Below are positions 8,089 through 17,944 of a stretch of DNA of 64,000 nucleotides, in pieces. Numbering within the stretch: the first letter of the stretch is position 1; each line of letters opens with the position of its first letter. The notes below the pieces were generated by a model. The model did no database searches. It saw only the letters and a program-made list of their open reading frames with translations, and was not told the origin of the DNA. Location of the stretch: IMG/VR virus record IMGVR_UViG_3300010938_000951, positions 124,001 through 188,000 of that record; one strand, 5' to 3'. The translations under genes and the position numbers were made by a program.

Positions 8089-8375
8089 CTAATGAAGACC
8101 TATTAAGATGGTCTGAAACGATTGATAATGATCCACTTATGTCTGAAAGTTTGGCCCAGAATCCTATTATTAGGGAGGTTTGTTATGCCGGCCAATGGTT
8201 GGCAGACAAACTAACTGAGCTAAATTGCCCAGACCATCTAATTGGTAGAATAATGTTTACCGCTGGTAAACTATGTTTTGGAAGAAAAGATCCTTGGGAA
8301 ATTCATCATGATATTCTAACTCGTTTCATTGATGGAACTTTAGAATTTGCGATGGATCCAGATGACGTTAATTGA
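8067..8375 (+). CDS. Hypothetical protein
   Basis: GAGG SD; ORF track. Confidence 0.65.
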   Translation: MPRPNTVTNEDLLRWSETIDNDPLMSESLAQNPIIREVCYAGQWLADKLTELNCPDHLIGRIMFTAGKLCFGRKDPWEIHHDILTRFIDGTLEFAMDPDDVN

Positions 8376-8438
8376 ATTTTCTTAAAAAATTATGTAGCTT
8401 AATGTAGGTAATCACTAATCTTTTTTCTTTTGCTTGGG

Positions 8439-8466
8439 TTGACGCTAACCTTAGCGTGAGTATATT
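8439..8466 (+). promoter_or_regulatory. sigma70-type promoter with palindromic spacer
   Basis: TTGACG-N16-TATATT; ACGCTAA-cc-TTAGCGT at 8442-8457. Confidence 0.7.
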
Positions 8467-8500
8467 GTTTAGTGATACCTTTATTTAGGAAGGAAAAAGA

Positions 8501-9631
8501 ATGCCAACTCCACAACAGCCCCAAATGGCTACGTCAGATTTCAATCTGCAAAAACTGAACACGAAAGAATTATCAGAGCACGTTTCCACCACCATTCAGA
8601 TGGGAGGAAATATTGCTGTTTTTGGCCGTCGTGGTACGGGCAAGACAGAAATTTCCAAAACAGAAATTAAAAAACTAGACTGTAAAGAAGTCTACATGAA
8701 TCTTTCTGTTATGGAGCGCCCCGACTTAGGTGGTTATCCTGATGTGACAGCACCTAACCGAGGCAGTGAATACGTTAACTTTTTGCTTCCTAGATTCTAT
8801 GAAGAAATGGTTAGCGGTAATAGGCCGGTAATTGCTTTATTGGACGAAGTAGATAAAGCCGATCCTTCACTATGGGCACCATTACTCGAATTCGTTCAGT
8901 TTAGAACAATCAATGGTAAGCCATTGCCTAATCTACAATCGATTATTATGACTGGTAATCTTATCTCTGAGGGTGGTGCAAGACCCAGCTTGCCACTACT
9001 AGATCGTACTGAGAAGTTCTTAGTAGAAGCAGATGCTGCCTCTTGGTTAGATTGGGCAGGTAAATCTGGGCGTATTCATCCTTCGGTTACCGCTTATATC
9101 CATGATCACACCAAAGATTTGTTTGGAGCAGTTGACCCTGAAGAGAGATATGCTGACCCATCTCCTCGTGGTTGGGATCGTGCTTCTCAAATTTTGTTTG
9201 CTGGTGAAGATAGGGGATGGAGCCCATCACTCCTGAACAAGAAGGTGTCCGGTTGTGTAGGCAAGGATGCGGGTATTAAATATGCCAACTATTATGAACA
9301 CTATTTGGAAGTCATTCCAATGGTGGAGAACATCTATGCTGGCCGTGACATCTCTGGCGAATATGGTAAGATGCCACCGACCAAACAATTGGTTACTTGC
9401 ATGATTGCTTGTACCCGTCTAGCCAATCAACTAGATCAAATTGAAGTTAATGGTGAACTACCACCTTCAGTCAAATATATTGGCAAATTCTTAAATAAAG
9501 TTTCTCATGAAAATGTTTTGGTTGCGGTTCGCAGTCAAGTTCAGATTGAGCGTCTTTGTAAATTCAATTTGGATGAACATCCAGATTGGGCTGGTGTTCT
9601 TGGTAGAATCAACAAAGAGGTTGATCAATAA
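8501..9631 (+). CDS. MoxR-like AAA+ ATPase
   Basis: Walker A GRRGTGKT, Walker B LLDEVDKA, TGN, LLDR, SPRGW. Confidence 0.85.
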   Translation: MPTPQQPQMATSDFNLQKLNTKELSEHVSTTIQMGGNIAVFGRRGTGKTEISKTEIKKLDCKEVYMNLSVMERPDLGGYPDVTAPNRGSEYVNFLLPRFYEEMVSGNRPVIALLDEVDKADPSLWAPLLEFVQFRTINGKPLPNLQSIIMTGNLISEGGARPSLPLLDRTEKFLVEADAASWLDWAGKSGRIHPSVTAYIHDHTKDLFGAVDPEERYADPSPRGWDRASQILFAGEDRGWSPSLLNKKVSGCVGKDAGIKYANYYEHYLEVIPMVENIYAGRDISGEYGKMPPTKQLVTCMIACTRLANQLDQIEVNGELPPSVKYIGKFLNKVSHENVLVAVRSQVQIERLCKFNLDEHPDWAGVLGRINKEVDQ

Positions 9632-9669
9632 TCCATATATACCAAGATATATGATCTATTGGAGCCTCA

Positions 9670-11355
9670 ATGAAATTTAGTAAAATAATCGGAAAAATAG
9701 ACCCTAAGCTTGTATCTCAGGCAGAAGAAAAGCTGTCTAAGGTATTCTTAGAATTGGCGGTCAGATATGACAATGAACACGTATCAACTGGTATGGGTGG
9801 AGATCCATTGATCTTTAGCTTGATGTACCCGGTAGAGCATGTTTGTACTTTGAACATTCCGACAGCCGCCACTGATGGTAAAAGATACTACTGGAATCCT
9901 AGGTTTATTCTTAAACACTCTCATAGAGGCTTAAGAATAATTTGTGCTCATGAAGCTTGGCACGCTATTTACATGCATCCATCTCGCAGAGGATCTAGAA
10001 ATCCAAAACTATGGAACATTGCTGTTGACTATATTGTTAATGGTACTGTAATGGAGGATTTTAAAGCTCGCAAAAAAGATGCAGCAGCAGAATTTACCAA
10101 ACATCTTGGTCGATACATGCCGTTTGATACATTTTGTCAGTTTGTAAAAAATCCACACGCAAAAATTCCTGGATTTGAAGATATCAATCCCGGAATTGAA
10201 GACCCTAATGGAAATAACAGTTCATGTAATCTTCCTGCACCACAAGAAGACCGTGAATTAACAATGCAAGAACGTAAAGAATTAGAGAAACGCGAAAAGG
10301 GTGTCAGATTTTATTATGCCGATCCTAATCTTGATGAAGATATGAAAAGGCCAGAAAAAATCTATGATATTCTATATAACCTGTTGCCTAAATGCAAAAA
10401 ATGTGGGCGTTTAGGCGTTTACCACAAACCTGGTCAAAAGAAAGGCCAAAAAGGACAACAGGGACAACAAGGCCAGCAAGGTCAGCCACAACAGGGTCAA
10501 GGTCAACAACCTGCACAAAACCAGCACGAACATGGTGATGGTCAACCTTGTGATTGTCCAGATCATCAAGGGCAATCACAGCAGGGGCAGGGCCAAGGAC
10601 AACAAAGTCAGGGGCAGAACCAAGGACCATGTGATGAGTGTGGTGGAGGCGTCGATATCTTCGGGTTAGGCGGAACCGTAGATGATCATATGGATTCAGA
10701 GGAATCTGAAGAGAAACTTGCTAAAAGAATCTCTGAAGCTATGGAAGCTGCCAAAAAGATGGCGGGCTATGTTCCAGCGGCGCTAGAAGATGAGCTGGGC
10801 AAGTTGACCGCGCCAAAAATAACTTGGCAGGATATTATTCGTACTCGTTTACTTAAGGCTCGTGCGGGTAATGGAAGAAATGATTGGACTAGATTTAAAA
10901 CGCGTCCAATGTTCAGCGGTCTTATGGTTCCTAAGAGAAAAAACTATTATGCACATTTTGGGTGCCTATTAGATACGTCTGGTTCCATGAGTAAAGATGA
11001 TATGGCTTTCGGGCTTTCTCAACTTCAATCTCTAGATGAGCGATCTGAGGGAACTATTGTGCCTGCTGATGCCACTATCTATTGGGAAGAGGCAACTAAA
11101 ATTAAGAAAGCTGTTGCTGAAGAAATTACCAAAGTAAAAATTGTTGGTCGTGGCGGAACGAAATATGCAGAATTCTTTTCTGACTATGAAAAACATCTTG
11201 GTCATTGCGATTTTCTAATTGTAATCACTGATGGTTTCTTGTTGGATACGGATATAGCTGAAATGAAACATCCAGGTGTTGATGTTATTTGGTTAATTAC
11301 TAGTGGTAGTCTTTTTAACCCACCATTTGGTCGTGCATTCGATTTACGCGCTTAA
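9670..11355 (+). CDS. DUF2201-type metallopeptidase-like plus vWA domain protein with Q/G-rich insert
   Basis: TAATDG, HEAWH, WNIAVDYIVN, MIDAS DTSGS, GRGGT, ITDG. Confidence 0.85.
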   Translation: MKFSKIIGKIDPKLVSQAEEKLSKVFLELAVRYDNEHVSTGMGGDPLIFSLMYPVEHVCTLNIPTAATDGKRYYWNPRFILKHSHRGLRIICAHEAWHAIYMHPSRRGSRNPKLWNIAVDYIVNGTVMEDFKARKKDAAAEFTKHLGRYMPFDTFCQFVKNPHAKIPGFEDINPGIEDPNGNNSSCNLPAPQEDRELTMQERKELEKREKGVRFYYADPNLDEDMKRPEKIYDILYNLLPKCKKCGRLGVYHKPGQKKGQKGQQGQQGQQGQPQQGQGQQPAQNQHEHGDGQPCDCPDHQGQSQQGQGQGQQSQGQNQGPCDECGGGVDIFGLGGTVDDHMDSEESEEKLAKRISEAMEAAKKMAGYVPAALEDELGKLTAPKITWQDIIRTRLLKARAGNGRNDWTRFKTRPMFSGLMVPKRKNYYAHFGCLLDTSGSMSKDDMAFGLSQLQSLDERSEGTIVPADATIYWEEATKIKKAVAEEITKVKIVGRGGTKYAEFFSDYEKHLGHCDFLIVITDGFLLDTDIAEMKHPGVDVIWLITSGSLFNPPFGRAFDLRA

Positions 11356-11374
11356 TATTCCTATACCCCTTTAT

Positions 11375-11869
11375 ATGACTCATTGTCGGTGTGTTTATGG
11401 TTGCGACCATGAACGCCATAAACCATACCATGGAAAATTTACTAGTGCCAATGGTGATTGGTATGAACGTACCTACTATTGGCATATAGCTAAATATGTT
11501 GCCGATCTAAATGTTTCTCCATCTAATGGGGACGATTTAGAACTATTTCAAGATGTAGTATTTGAATCACCTTGGGGACGTATTCATATTGATTTCTATG
11601 AACGATTGTTTAAAAACTATTACAAATTTAACTCCGAATGGGTAATAATTACTTTTTCTCGATATCTAGAGTTTTTAGAAAAACTGTCCCCGCTTTTTAC
11701 TAATGATGCTTTTTCTTTTATCTTTTCTAAGAAAGATGTTAAGATGATAGAGAGCTTATTAAAAGTAATGTCGCTTCCGATTAAACTAAGATTTATAAAG
11801 GCAGCAGAAAAATATCCTGATATGATACAGTCGGTTCCGAAACTGAAATTGTACAATTTATTTTCCTGA
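11375..11869 (+). CDS. Hypothetical protein
   Basis: ORF track; start reassigned to ATG 11375. Confidence 0.6.
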   Translation: MTHCRCVYGCDHERHKPYHGKFTSANGDWYERTYYWHIAKYVADLNVSPSNGDDLELFQDVVFESPWGRIHIDFYERLFKNYYKFNSEWVIITFSRYLEFLEKLSPLFTNDAFSFIFSKKDVKMIESLLKVMSLPIKLRFIKAAEKYPDMIQSVPKLKLYNLFS

Positions 11870-11874
11870 CGCTC

Positions 11875-11903
11875 TTGACAGGCATTTCAATCATGCTTAT
11901 CTT
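11875..11903 (+). promoter_or_regulatory. sigma70-type promoter
   Basis: TTGACA-N17-TATCTT. Confidence 0.55.
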
Positions 11904-11936
11904 TATGCTACGGGCTGATGTGTTATATTCATTATT

Positions 11937-12407
11937 GTGAATAACGTAATCTTCATCGAATTTTACAATAAACAAAACTTTCCTCCAGGTAAATGGCTGA
12001 GCGAGCCAGATTTATGTTCTTGGGATTATTATTTACCATGTTTAGCGATCCGTGATATGAGCATGGGGGTTTGGAAAGGATTTGTTGCTATAGAAAAGGG
12101 CCATCCACTTTATGGCAAATCAATTGAAGATATGTTAAATCAACCAGTAATGAGAGATATATTTATTGCTGTTTATGGCGGATTATGTGGTGCTGGTCGT
12201 TTGCCTGTTAAGTATAAAGAATTTGCTAAAGATTATTGGTGGATCGGTATTGAAACTTCGCATGGTGGGGATTTAATGCCTTTATTAAAATTGGATAATA
12301 ACGATCCTGATATGGCTAAACTAATATCAACACAAACGTATAAAGATTTGCGTTTCATACGCAGAGAAACTAATAAACTGGCAAAGTTGATTGCGAAACT
12401 ACAATGA
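11937..12407 (+). CDS. Conserved phage hypothetical protein
   Basis: WLSEPD, WKGFVA, WWIGIETSH pattern; leaderless GTG start. Confidence 0.65.
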   Translation: MNNVIFIEFYNKQNFPPGKWLSEPDLCSWDYYLPCLAIRDMSMGVWKGFVAIEKGHPLYGKSIEDMLNQPVMRDIFIAVYGGLCGAGRLPVKYKEFAKDYWWIGIETSHGGDLMPLLKLDNNDPDMAKLISTQTYKDLRFIRRETNKLAKLIAKLQ

Positions 12408-12490
12408 CCATGACTGGTTTAATCATATTAGATATATTACTAACTATCGCGCTTTTTTGTAATTTGAATAAAGATACTTATCGGTGATTT

Positions 12491-12802
12491 ATGAAAAAAA
12501 TGCCTATGACTGGCGCTACCCCACGCTATCGACTAGAGGGCGTGAAGGGGGAGTTTTTTGATGTCTTTGCAAAAAGGGCAAATGCAATTAAAGCGGCCAT
12601 TAAAATGGCTACAGAATATCCAGGTACCACATTTTTAGTTGTTCGAACAACTTTACTCAAGAAAAAAGTTGTTTTCAAAATGAAGATAGAAATGGATTTT
12701 CAATTTTCTGATATTCAGGATGTTTATGGCGGCATGGTTGATGTTTATCAACACAAACTAGATAAGACAAAATACTGGAGAAAAGCAGATGTTTCTACTT
12801 GA
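12491..12802 (+). CDS. Hypothetical protein
   Basis: ORF track. Confidence 0.65.
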   Translation: MKKMPMTGATPRYRLEGVKGEFFDVFAKRANAIKAAIKMATEYPGTTFLVVRTTLLKKKVVFKMKIEMDFQFSDIQDVYGGMVDVYQHKLDKTKYWRKADVST

Positions 12803-13280
12803 AATTGCATTAGTGGGCGGCATCTTAGCTGTTCTTGTTTTTATTCATTTTTTCGTAGATTGGATTTTTCAATCTCACGCTGAAGCAATGGTAAAACATA
12901 ATACTCCGAGAATCCGTGCCAAACATTGTATTATCTATACACTTGGTTTTGTGCCCATTATGTTATTGTTTAGATTTAATTTGATTGAGTTTTTCTTTGG
13001 GTTAAATCTTTTATTCTGGTCTCATTTTGTAGAAGATACTTATCTTCCGGTATACTTATGGGCAAAATATATTCGTAAGCCGCCTGAGATGACCGAGCCC
13101 CGTAAAGTAGTTGGGGCTGATGGTTATGTATCTGTGCTTCCGCCGGATCCTAAAGCTGGCTTTGTAGAATTTGTACAAACACCAATGGGTAAGATTCTAA
13201 TGATCGCTATTGATCAAATTATCCACATTGCATTCCTAATTCCAATTGCTTGGATTATGATGACCCATCTTGGAGATTGA
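12789..13280 (+). CDS. DUF3307-family membrane protein
   Basis: HFFVDWIFQS, HCIIY, SHFVED, DQIIH; TM segments. Confidence 0.75.
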   Translation: MFLLEIALVGGILAVLVFIHFFVDWIFQSHAEAMVKHNTPRIRAKHCIIYTLGFVPIMLLFRFNLIEFFFGLNLLFWSHFVEDTYLPVYLWAKYIRKPPEMTEPRKVVGADGYVSVLPPDPKAGFVEFVQTPMGKILMIAIDQIIHIAFLIPIAWIMMTHLGD

Positions 13281-13285
13281 TTCTA

Positions 13286-13693
13286 ATGAGTAGCATGACT
13301 TGGGCAGAGTTCGGTAAACTTATTACTGACCAACTAACAGACGATTTACTTCGCCCTAAGTACCGGAAGATCAAAAAAGCCGTTGCTGTTCCCAATACTT
13401 TTGGACACTGCTATGTAGCCAGCGAAGCAGCTTATTATTTATTGGGTGGGAAAGAGTCTGGCTGGAAGCCAATGCACATGAAGCAGTTAGGAGCTTCTCA
13501 TTGGTTTTTGAAACATGAATCTGGTTTTATTCTGGATTTAACTCGTTCCCAATTTAAATCACCCATTGACTATAGTAAAGCTAGAGGTGCTGCCTTTCTA
13601 ACTAAGCAGCCAAGTAAACGGGCCAAGAAGCTATTAATTCGCATCAAAGATTCTCGTGCCCTTGACAACCTTATTTGTAAGAATATACTGTAA
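13286..13693 (+). CDS. Hypothetical protein with putative papain/transglutaminase-like Cys-His-Asp triad
   Basis: GHCYVASEA, HWFL, DLT. Confidence 0.55.
   Translation: MSSMTWAEFGKLITDQLTDDLLRPKYRKIKKAVAVPNTFGHCYVASEAAYYLLGGKESGWKPMHMKQLGASHWFLKHESGFILDLTRSQFKSPIDYSKARGAAFLTKQPSKRAKKLLIRIKDSRALDNLICKNIL
13662..13689 (+). promoter_or_regulatory. sigma70-type promoter for rIIA/rIIB
   Basis: TTGACA-N16-TATACT. Confidence 0.75.
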
Positions 13694-13744
13694 GGCGAGG
13701 CGCTCGGAGAGGGCGCAGGACCAAACCAGAGAGGTATTAGAATA

Positions 13745-15838
13745 ATGAAACTGTCCGAAGCTAAGCCATATTTCGAATCTTCAGGAGAGATGCAAGAGCA
13801 TTTCTTCTCGATCCAAGACCAGGGTATGTTGTTCGACATCTTGCGTAGTAAGATGTATTCGAATCCGATTCTGGCAATTTGTCGTGAAATTACCAGTAAT
13901 GCACGTGATGCTCATCGTGAAATTGGTATGGCCGATAAACCAATTCATATCCATTTACCGTTTGGTTTGGAGCCTCACTATAAGATTAAAGATTTTGGGC
14001 CTGGCATCAGCCCGGATCGTATGTTGAACATCTTTATCAAATACACAGCCTCAACTAAACGTGAAGATAATATCCAAACTGGTGGTTTTGGTCTTGGGGC
14101 TAAGACTCCGTTCTCTTATAGTGATACATTTCAGGTTACTACCGTTCATAATAAAGTTCGGTACAGCTATGCCTGTGTTATTGATGATACTAAGGTTGGC
14201 AAGTTAGTATTGCTTGATGAGCGAGTGACTGATGAACCAAACAGTACGGAAATTTCTATCCCAGTAAAAACAGCCGATTATAACTTTTTCCGTCAGTATA
14301 CAGAACAAGCTTGTCGCCATTGGGATGTCAAACCAATTATTACTGGTGGCAATATTGATTGGCAGAAAATCAATAAGATTGCGGAAGGTCCTGGTTGGGC
14401 CATTGCTGCAACTAATGACTATAATCGTCATGCCAAGTTGGTCATTGATGGAATTGAGTACCCTCTTCCCCTTGAAGACCTACGTAAATATGCTGATACT
14501 AAACTCATCGATGCATCTCGTGGTGACTTTATTATGTACTTTGGTGTTGGTGAGTTGAGTCTTTCTGCAACCCGAGAAAATATCTTCTTGGATAAACCAA
14601 CGCAAGCTAAGATTCGTGAGCGCATGGATCAGATCGTTGCAGAAGTCAGAAAAACTGTATCCGCTAAAATTGATTCCTTCCCTAATCTATGGGATGCTAA
14701 CGTTTATTATCGCAAAGAGCTAACATCCGTGTTCAGCAACTTGCATTTCTTGGGTAAGTTGTTCTGGAAGAATCATGAACTTCACAATGGGCATATGGAA
14801 GTCAAGTGTGGGTTGTTTGAGTTCACTAAAGGCAAATATTCTCGTCGTCATGGTAATGATCCCAATAAGCTGACCCGTTCCGGTCATGCAGTTGGGCCTC
14901 GCACGATTTATTTTGAAGAAGGTCAGGAACTTTGGCTCAATGATCTTCCTATCAAGGAACCAACTCCCCGACATGTCAAGAAGGCATTTGAGGATAATCC
15001 TAATCTCAAACGTATCTTAGTTATTTGTCCCACGGATAAATATACTGAAGCGGACTTGAACAAGGATTTCCATTTAGATGAGATGAAGCCTAAGAGGCTA
15101 TCTTCTATCACCAAAGCTTCTGGTCGCGCTTATACGCCTCCAGCCTCTAGGTTGCTTGTTTTTAAATTTGACCTGACCTCTAGCGCTTTCCGACAGGTGA
15201 GTTATGATAACATGGAGGAAGACACAAACAACAAGGTTTTGTGCCTCCTTACTCGTGATCAATCTTATGGCCGCCTAGCCTCACTCAATAATAAACAAAA
15301 TTTGAGCGTATCAGCTTTTAAGTCTCTTATTGAACGAAATCCGAAAATTTCTTTCTATGGAGTTGACAAAGAAACTGACCCCAAGCGTCTAGAAGAAGAA
15401 TTCAGTGATTTCGAGACCTTAGATGACTTTATTGATAAAAAAGTTTTCAATAACAAGTCAATTAATTATGTCGAGATTAAGTTCGCACAACAACATACTT
15501 ATCGTGTGGACGAGCGAATGTTGAAGCATTATGATGCTTTGGCCCCGCTCATCACCGACAAAAACAGTACATTCCTTGCTCGTCTAGAGCTACACAAGGT
15601 TATTAAAAAACTTAGTGGGAATGACCGAAGTTTGTTGGAAATCTACGAATCAGCCAAAGGCGAGATTAAAAACTCTACTTTGACACAGTTCGTTAAAGAT
15701 AATCCTAGTTGGGACATTGATGGTATTAATCGAGCCTACGAAAAGAAATATCCGCTGTTGACTGCAATCAACACGTATAACATGCATCAAATGATTGAGC
15801 ATGTGGCTCATTATGTAAATATGGTCGATAAGATTTAA
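13745..15838 (+). CDS. rIIA: T4 rIIA-like protein (GHKL/Hsp90-like ATPase domain)
   Basis: REITSNARDAH, KDFGPGISP, GGFGLGAKTPFSY; adjacent to rIIB. Confidence 0.85.
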   Translation: MKLSEAKPYFESSGEMQEHFFSIQDQGMLFDILRSKMYSNPILAICREITSNARDAHREIGMADKPIHIHLPFGLEPHYKIKDFGPGISPDRMLNIFIKYTASTKREDNIQTGGFGLGAKTPFSYSDTFQVTTVHNKVRYSYACVIDDTKVGKLVLLDERVTDEPNSTEISIPVKTADYNFFRQYTEQACRHWDVKPIITGGNIDWQKINKIAEGPGWAIAATNDYNRHAKLVIDGIEYPLPLEDLRKYADTKLIDASRGDFIMYFGVGELSLSATRENIFLDKPTQAKIRERMDQIVAEVRKTVSAKIDSFPNLWDANVYYRKELTSVFSNLHFLGKLFWKNHELHNGHMEVKCGLFEFTKGKYSRRHGNDPNKLTRSGHAVGPRTIYFEEGQELWLNDLPIKEPTPRHVKKAFEDNPNLKRILVICPTDKYTEADLNKDFHLDEMKPKRLSSITKASGRAYTPPASRLLVFKFDLTSSAFRQVSYDNMEEDTNNKVLCLLTRDQSYGRLASLNNKQNLSVSAFKSLIERNPKISFYGVDKETDPKRLEEEFSDFETLDDFIDKKVFNNKSINYVEIKFAQQHTYRVDERMLKHYDALAPLITDKNSTFLARLELHKVIKKLSGNDRSLLEIYESAKGEIKNSTLTQFVKDNPSWDIDGINRAYEKKYPLLTAINTYNMHQMIEHVAHYVNMVDKI

Positions 15839-15851
15839 TAGGAGATAGAAA

Positions 15852-16790
15852 ATGTCAAAGAGAGTTAATTGGGCAATTACCGATAATAATGTTTCGGTGA
15901 ATTATGATGGCGAGTCTCATATTGTACCTCGCCAAGATGCATTAGCCGATCGTTTGATTAAGGCAATCAAAGAGAATCGACTACAAGAGATCCCCGCTCT
16001 TGTTTCGGCGGCTAAGCGCATTGAGATTTTTTCCAAGGGCAACTTCAAGGTAGAGAATGGTCAAGTTTTGGTTAATGGTGTGGCTGCGCCTCATGCATTG
16101 AGCAATAAGATCATCCGCTTCTCGAATGATGGTCTTCCGTTCCAACCTTTGGTTAAGTTTGCTGAAAACTTGCAGAAGAACCCATCATTCCGTGCTGTAA
16201 ATGAGCTGTTTACCTTCTTAGAGAAGAATGACCACCCAATCACGGAAAATGGCAACTTCATTGCGTATAAACGTGTTCGTTCTACTTTCAAGGATATTCA
16301 CAGCAATACCATGGATAATTCCGTTGGTAAAACTGTAGAGATTCCTCGTAACCAAGTGGATGAAGACTCCAACCGTACCTGTAGCCATGGTCTACACGTT
16401 GCTAACTGGGACTATGCTCATTTGCATTTTGCTAGTTCTGATGCAGCAACTGACGTCATGTTAGAGGTCGAAGTCAATCCGGCCGATGTAGTTGCAATTC
16501 CGGTTGACTACAACAATTCAAAAATGCGTGTTTGCAAGTACAAGGTTTTGGGTGTGGTAACTACTCCATATGAACCAAGCCGGGCCCTTCGAGTTGTTGA
16601 TGAGTCGTACAACCCTTCTGAAGAGTTTGATGAGCTATCAGAGGAAGAAGAGGAGTCATGCGAATATTGTGGAGAAGAGGTATATGATGGTGGGCGCCTC
16701 TGTACCGAATGTGATTACGATGAGGAGCATGACGAAGAGGATGATGAGGAAGACGATCGTTATCCTTACGAAGACGAAATCGAGGAATAA
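15852..16790 (+). CDS. rIIB: T4 rIIB-like protein with acidic Zn-ribbon tail
   Basis: NPSFRAVNELFTFL, PITENGNFIAYKRV, CSHGLHV, VVAIPVDYN, RVCKYKV. Confidence 0.9.
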   Translation: MSKRVNWAITDNNVSVNYDGESHIVPRQDALADRLIKAIKENRLQEIPALVSAAKRIEIFSKGNFKVENGQVLVNGVAAPHALSNKIIRFSNDGLPFQPLVKFAENLQKNPSFRAVNELFTFLEKNDHPITENGNFIAYKRVRSTFKDIHSNTMDNSVGKTVEIPRNQVDEDSNRTCSHGLHVANWDYAHLHFASSDAATDVMLEVEVNPADVVAIPVDYNNSKMRVCKYKVLGVVTTPYEPSRALRVVDESYNPSEEFDELSEEEEESCEYCGEEVYDGGRLCTECDYDEEHDEEDDEEDDRYPYEDEIEE

Positions 16791-17932
16791 TGCCAAATAT
16801 TGCAGTCCTAGGTGCTATGTGGGGAGACGAGGGTAAAGGGCATATTACCCATCGTCTCTCTCGTGATTATGATTGGGTCATTCGCTTCAACGGTGGCGCT
16901 AATGCCGGCCACACTATTTATCGAGATGGAAAGAAGTTTGTTCACAATTTACTTCCATCAGTAGATTTTAGAGTTCCACACGTCAAAGCCTATCTGGGAT
17001 CAGGTATGGTGATTGATCTAGCGAAACTCAGAGATGAAGTAGTTGAGGCAGATAAATCATATCCTGGGGTTGGCAGTCGTATTTTCGTTGATCATGACGC
17101 TTTCATTGTTGAAGCAAAGCACAAAGAGGAAGATAAATTAGCTAATAGCCATATAGGATCCACTAATAGAGGAATTGGACCAGCCTACAAAGATAAAATT
17201 TCTCGTGCTGGAAAACGAATAGGCGATTTAATTTTCGGCGATGATAATCAATTAGTAAATGAGTATTATGCCATTGTTAATGAGCTAATGTGTTTGGGCG
17301 TAAATTTCACAACTGTTTTACAGTTAGAGGGTCACTTTAAATCAAGCAATCTTTTATTTGAAGGTGCCCAGGGCGTTCTTTTAGATATTAATCACGGCAT
17401 CTATCCTTATGTTAGTTGTAGTGATGCAACAATTGGAGGTATTATTGCTTCTGGTTTTGCTTTTGCCAAATTAGATAAAGTGTATGGTGTAGCCAAATGC
17501 TATACAACCAAAGTTGGGGAAGGCCCATTTCCTACTGAAATTCATGGTGTAGCAGCCGATGATTTAAGGAAGATGGGTAATGAGTTTGGTGCCACCACAG
17601 GGCGTCCAAGACGTGTTGGGTGGTTAGATTTGCCAGCTTTACAATATGCTTGTAAAAAGGGCGGAATTACCCATCTCATCTTAACCAAATTTGATATTCT
17701 GAATGGTTTAGCTAAAGTTCCAATTTGTTTGCATTATGAATATGCTCCAACGCGCTCGTTTGACTTTTTTACAGCCCGCCCACAAATTTCTATGGTGGAT
17801 GGCTGGAATGATGCTAAACAGCCAGTTCAGCTTGAGAAATTTATCAAGTTGATTGAATCGGTTGTACAGGTCCCCGTAGAATATATTTCTTGTGGAACTG
17901 AAGAGTCCGACATCATGGACTGGGCAGCCTGA
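16790..17932 (+). CDS. purA: Adenylosuccinate synthetase
   Basis: WGDEGKG, GGANAGHT, GIGPAYKDK, FEGAQG, TTGRPRR. Confidence 0.95.
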   Translation: MPNIAVLGAMWGDEGKGHITHRLSRDYDWVIRFNGGANAGHTIYRDGKKFVHNLLPSVDFRVPHVKAYLGSGMVIDLAKLRDEVVEADKSYPGVGSRIFVDHDAFIVEAKHKEEDKLANSHIGSTNRGIGPAYKDKISRAGKRIGDLIFGDDNQLVNEYYAIVNELMCLGVNFTTVLQLEGHFKSSNLLFEGAQGVLLDINHGIYPYVSCSDATIGGIIASGFAFAKLDKVYGVAKCYTTKVGEGPFPTEIHGVAADDLRKMGNEFGATTGRPRRVGWLDLPALQYACKKGGITHLILTKFDILNGLAKVPICLHYEYAPTRSFDFFTARPQISMVDGWNDAKQPVQLEKFIKLIESVVQVPVEYISCGTEESDIMDWAA

Positions 17933-17944
17933 TATAGATCAGTT

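Noticed and set aside
10430-10625. CRISPR array or DNA tandem repeat
   Set aside because: Degenerate CAA/CAG/GGN codons encoding a Q/G tract; no fixed repeat-spacer units. No CRISPR array was seen anywhere in the window.
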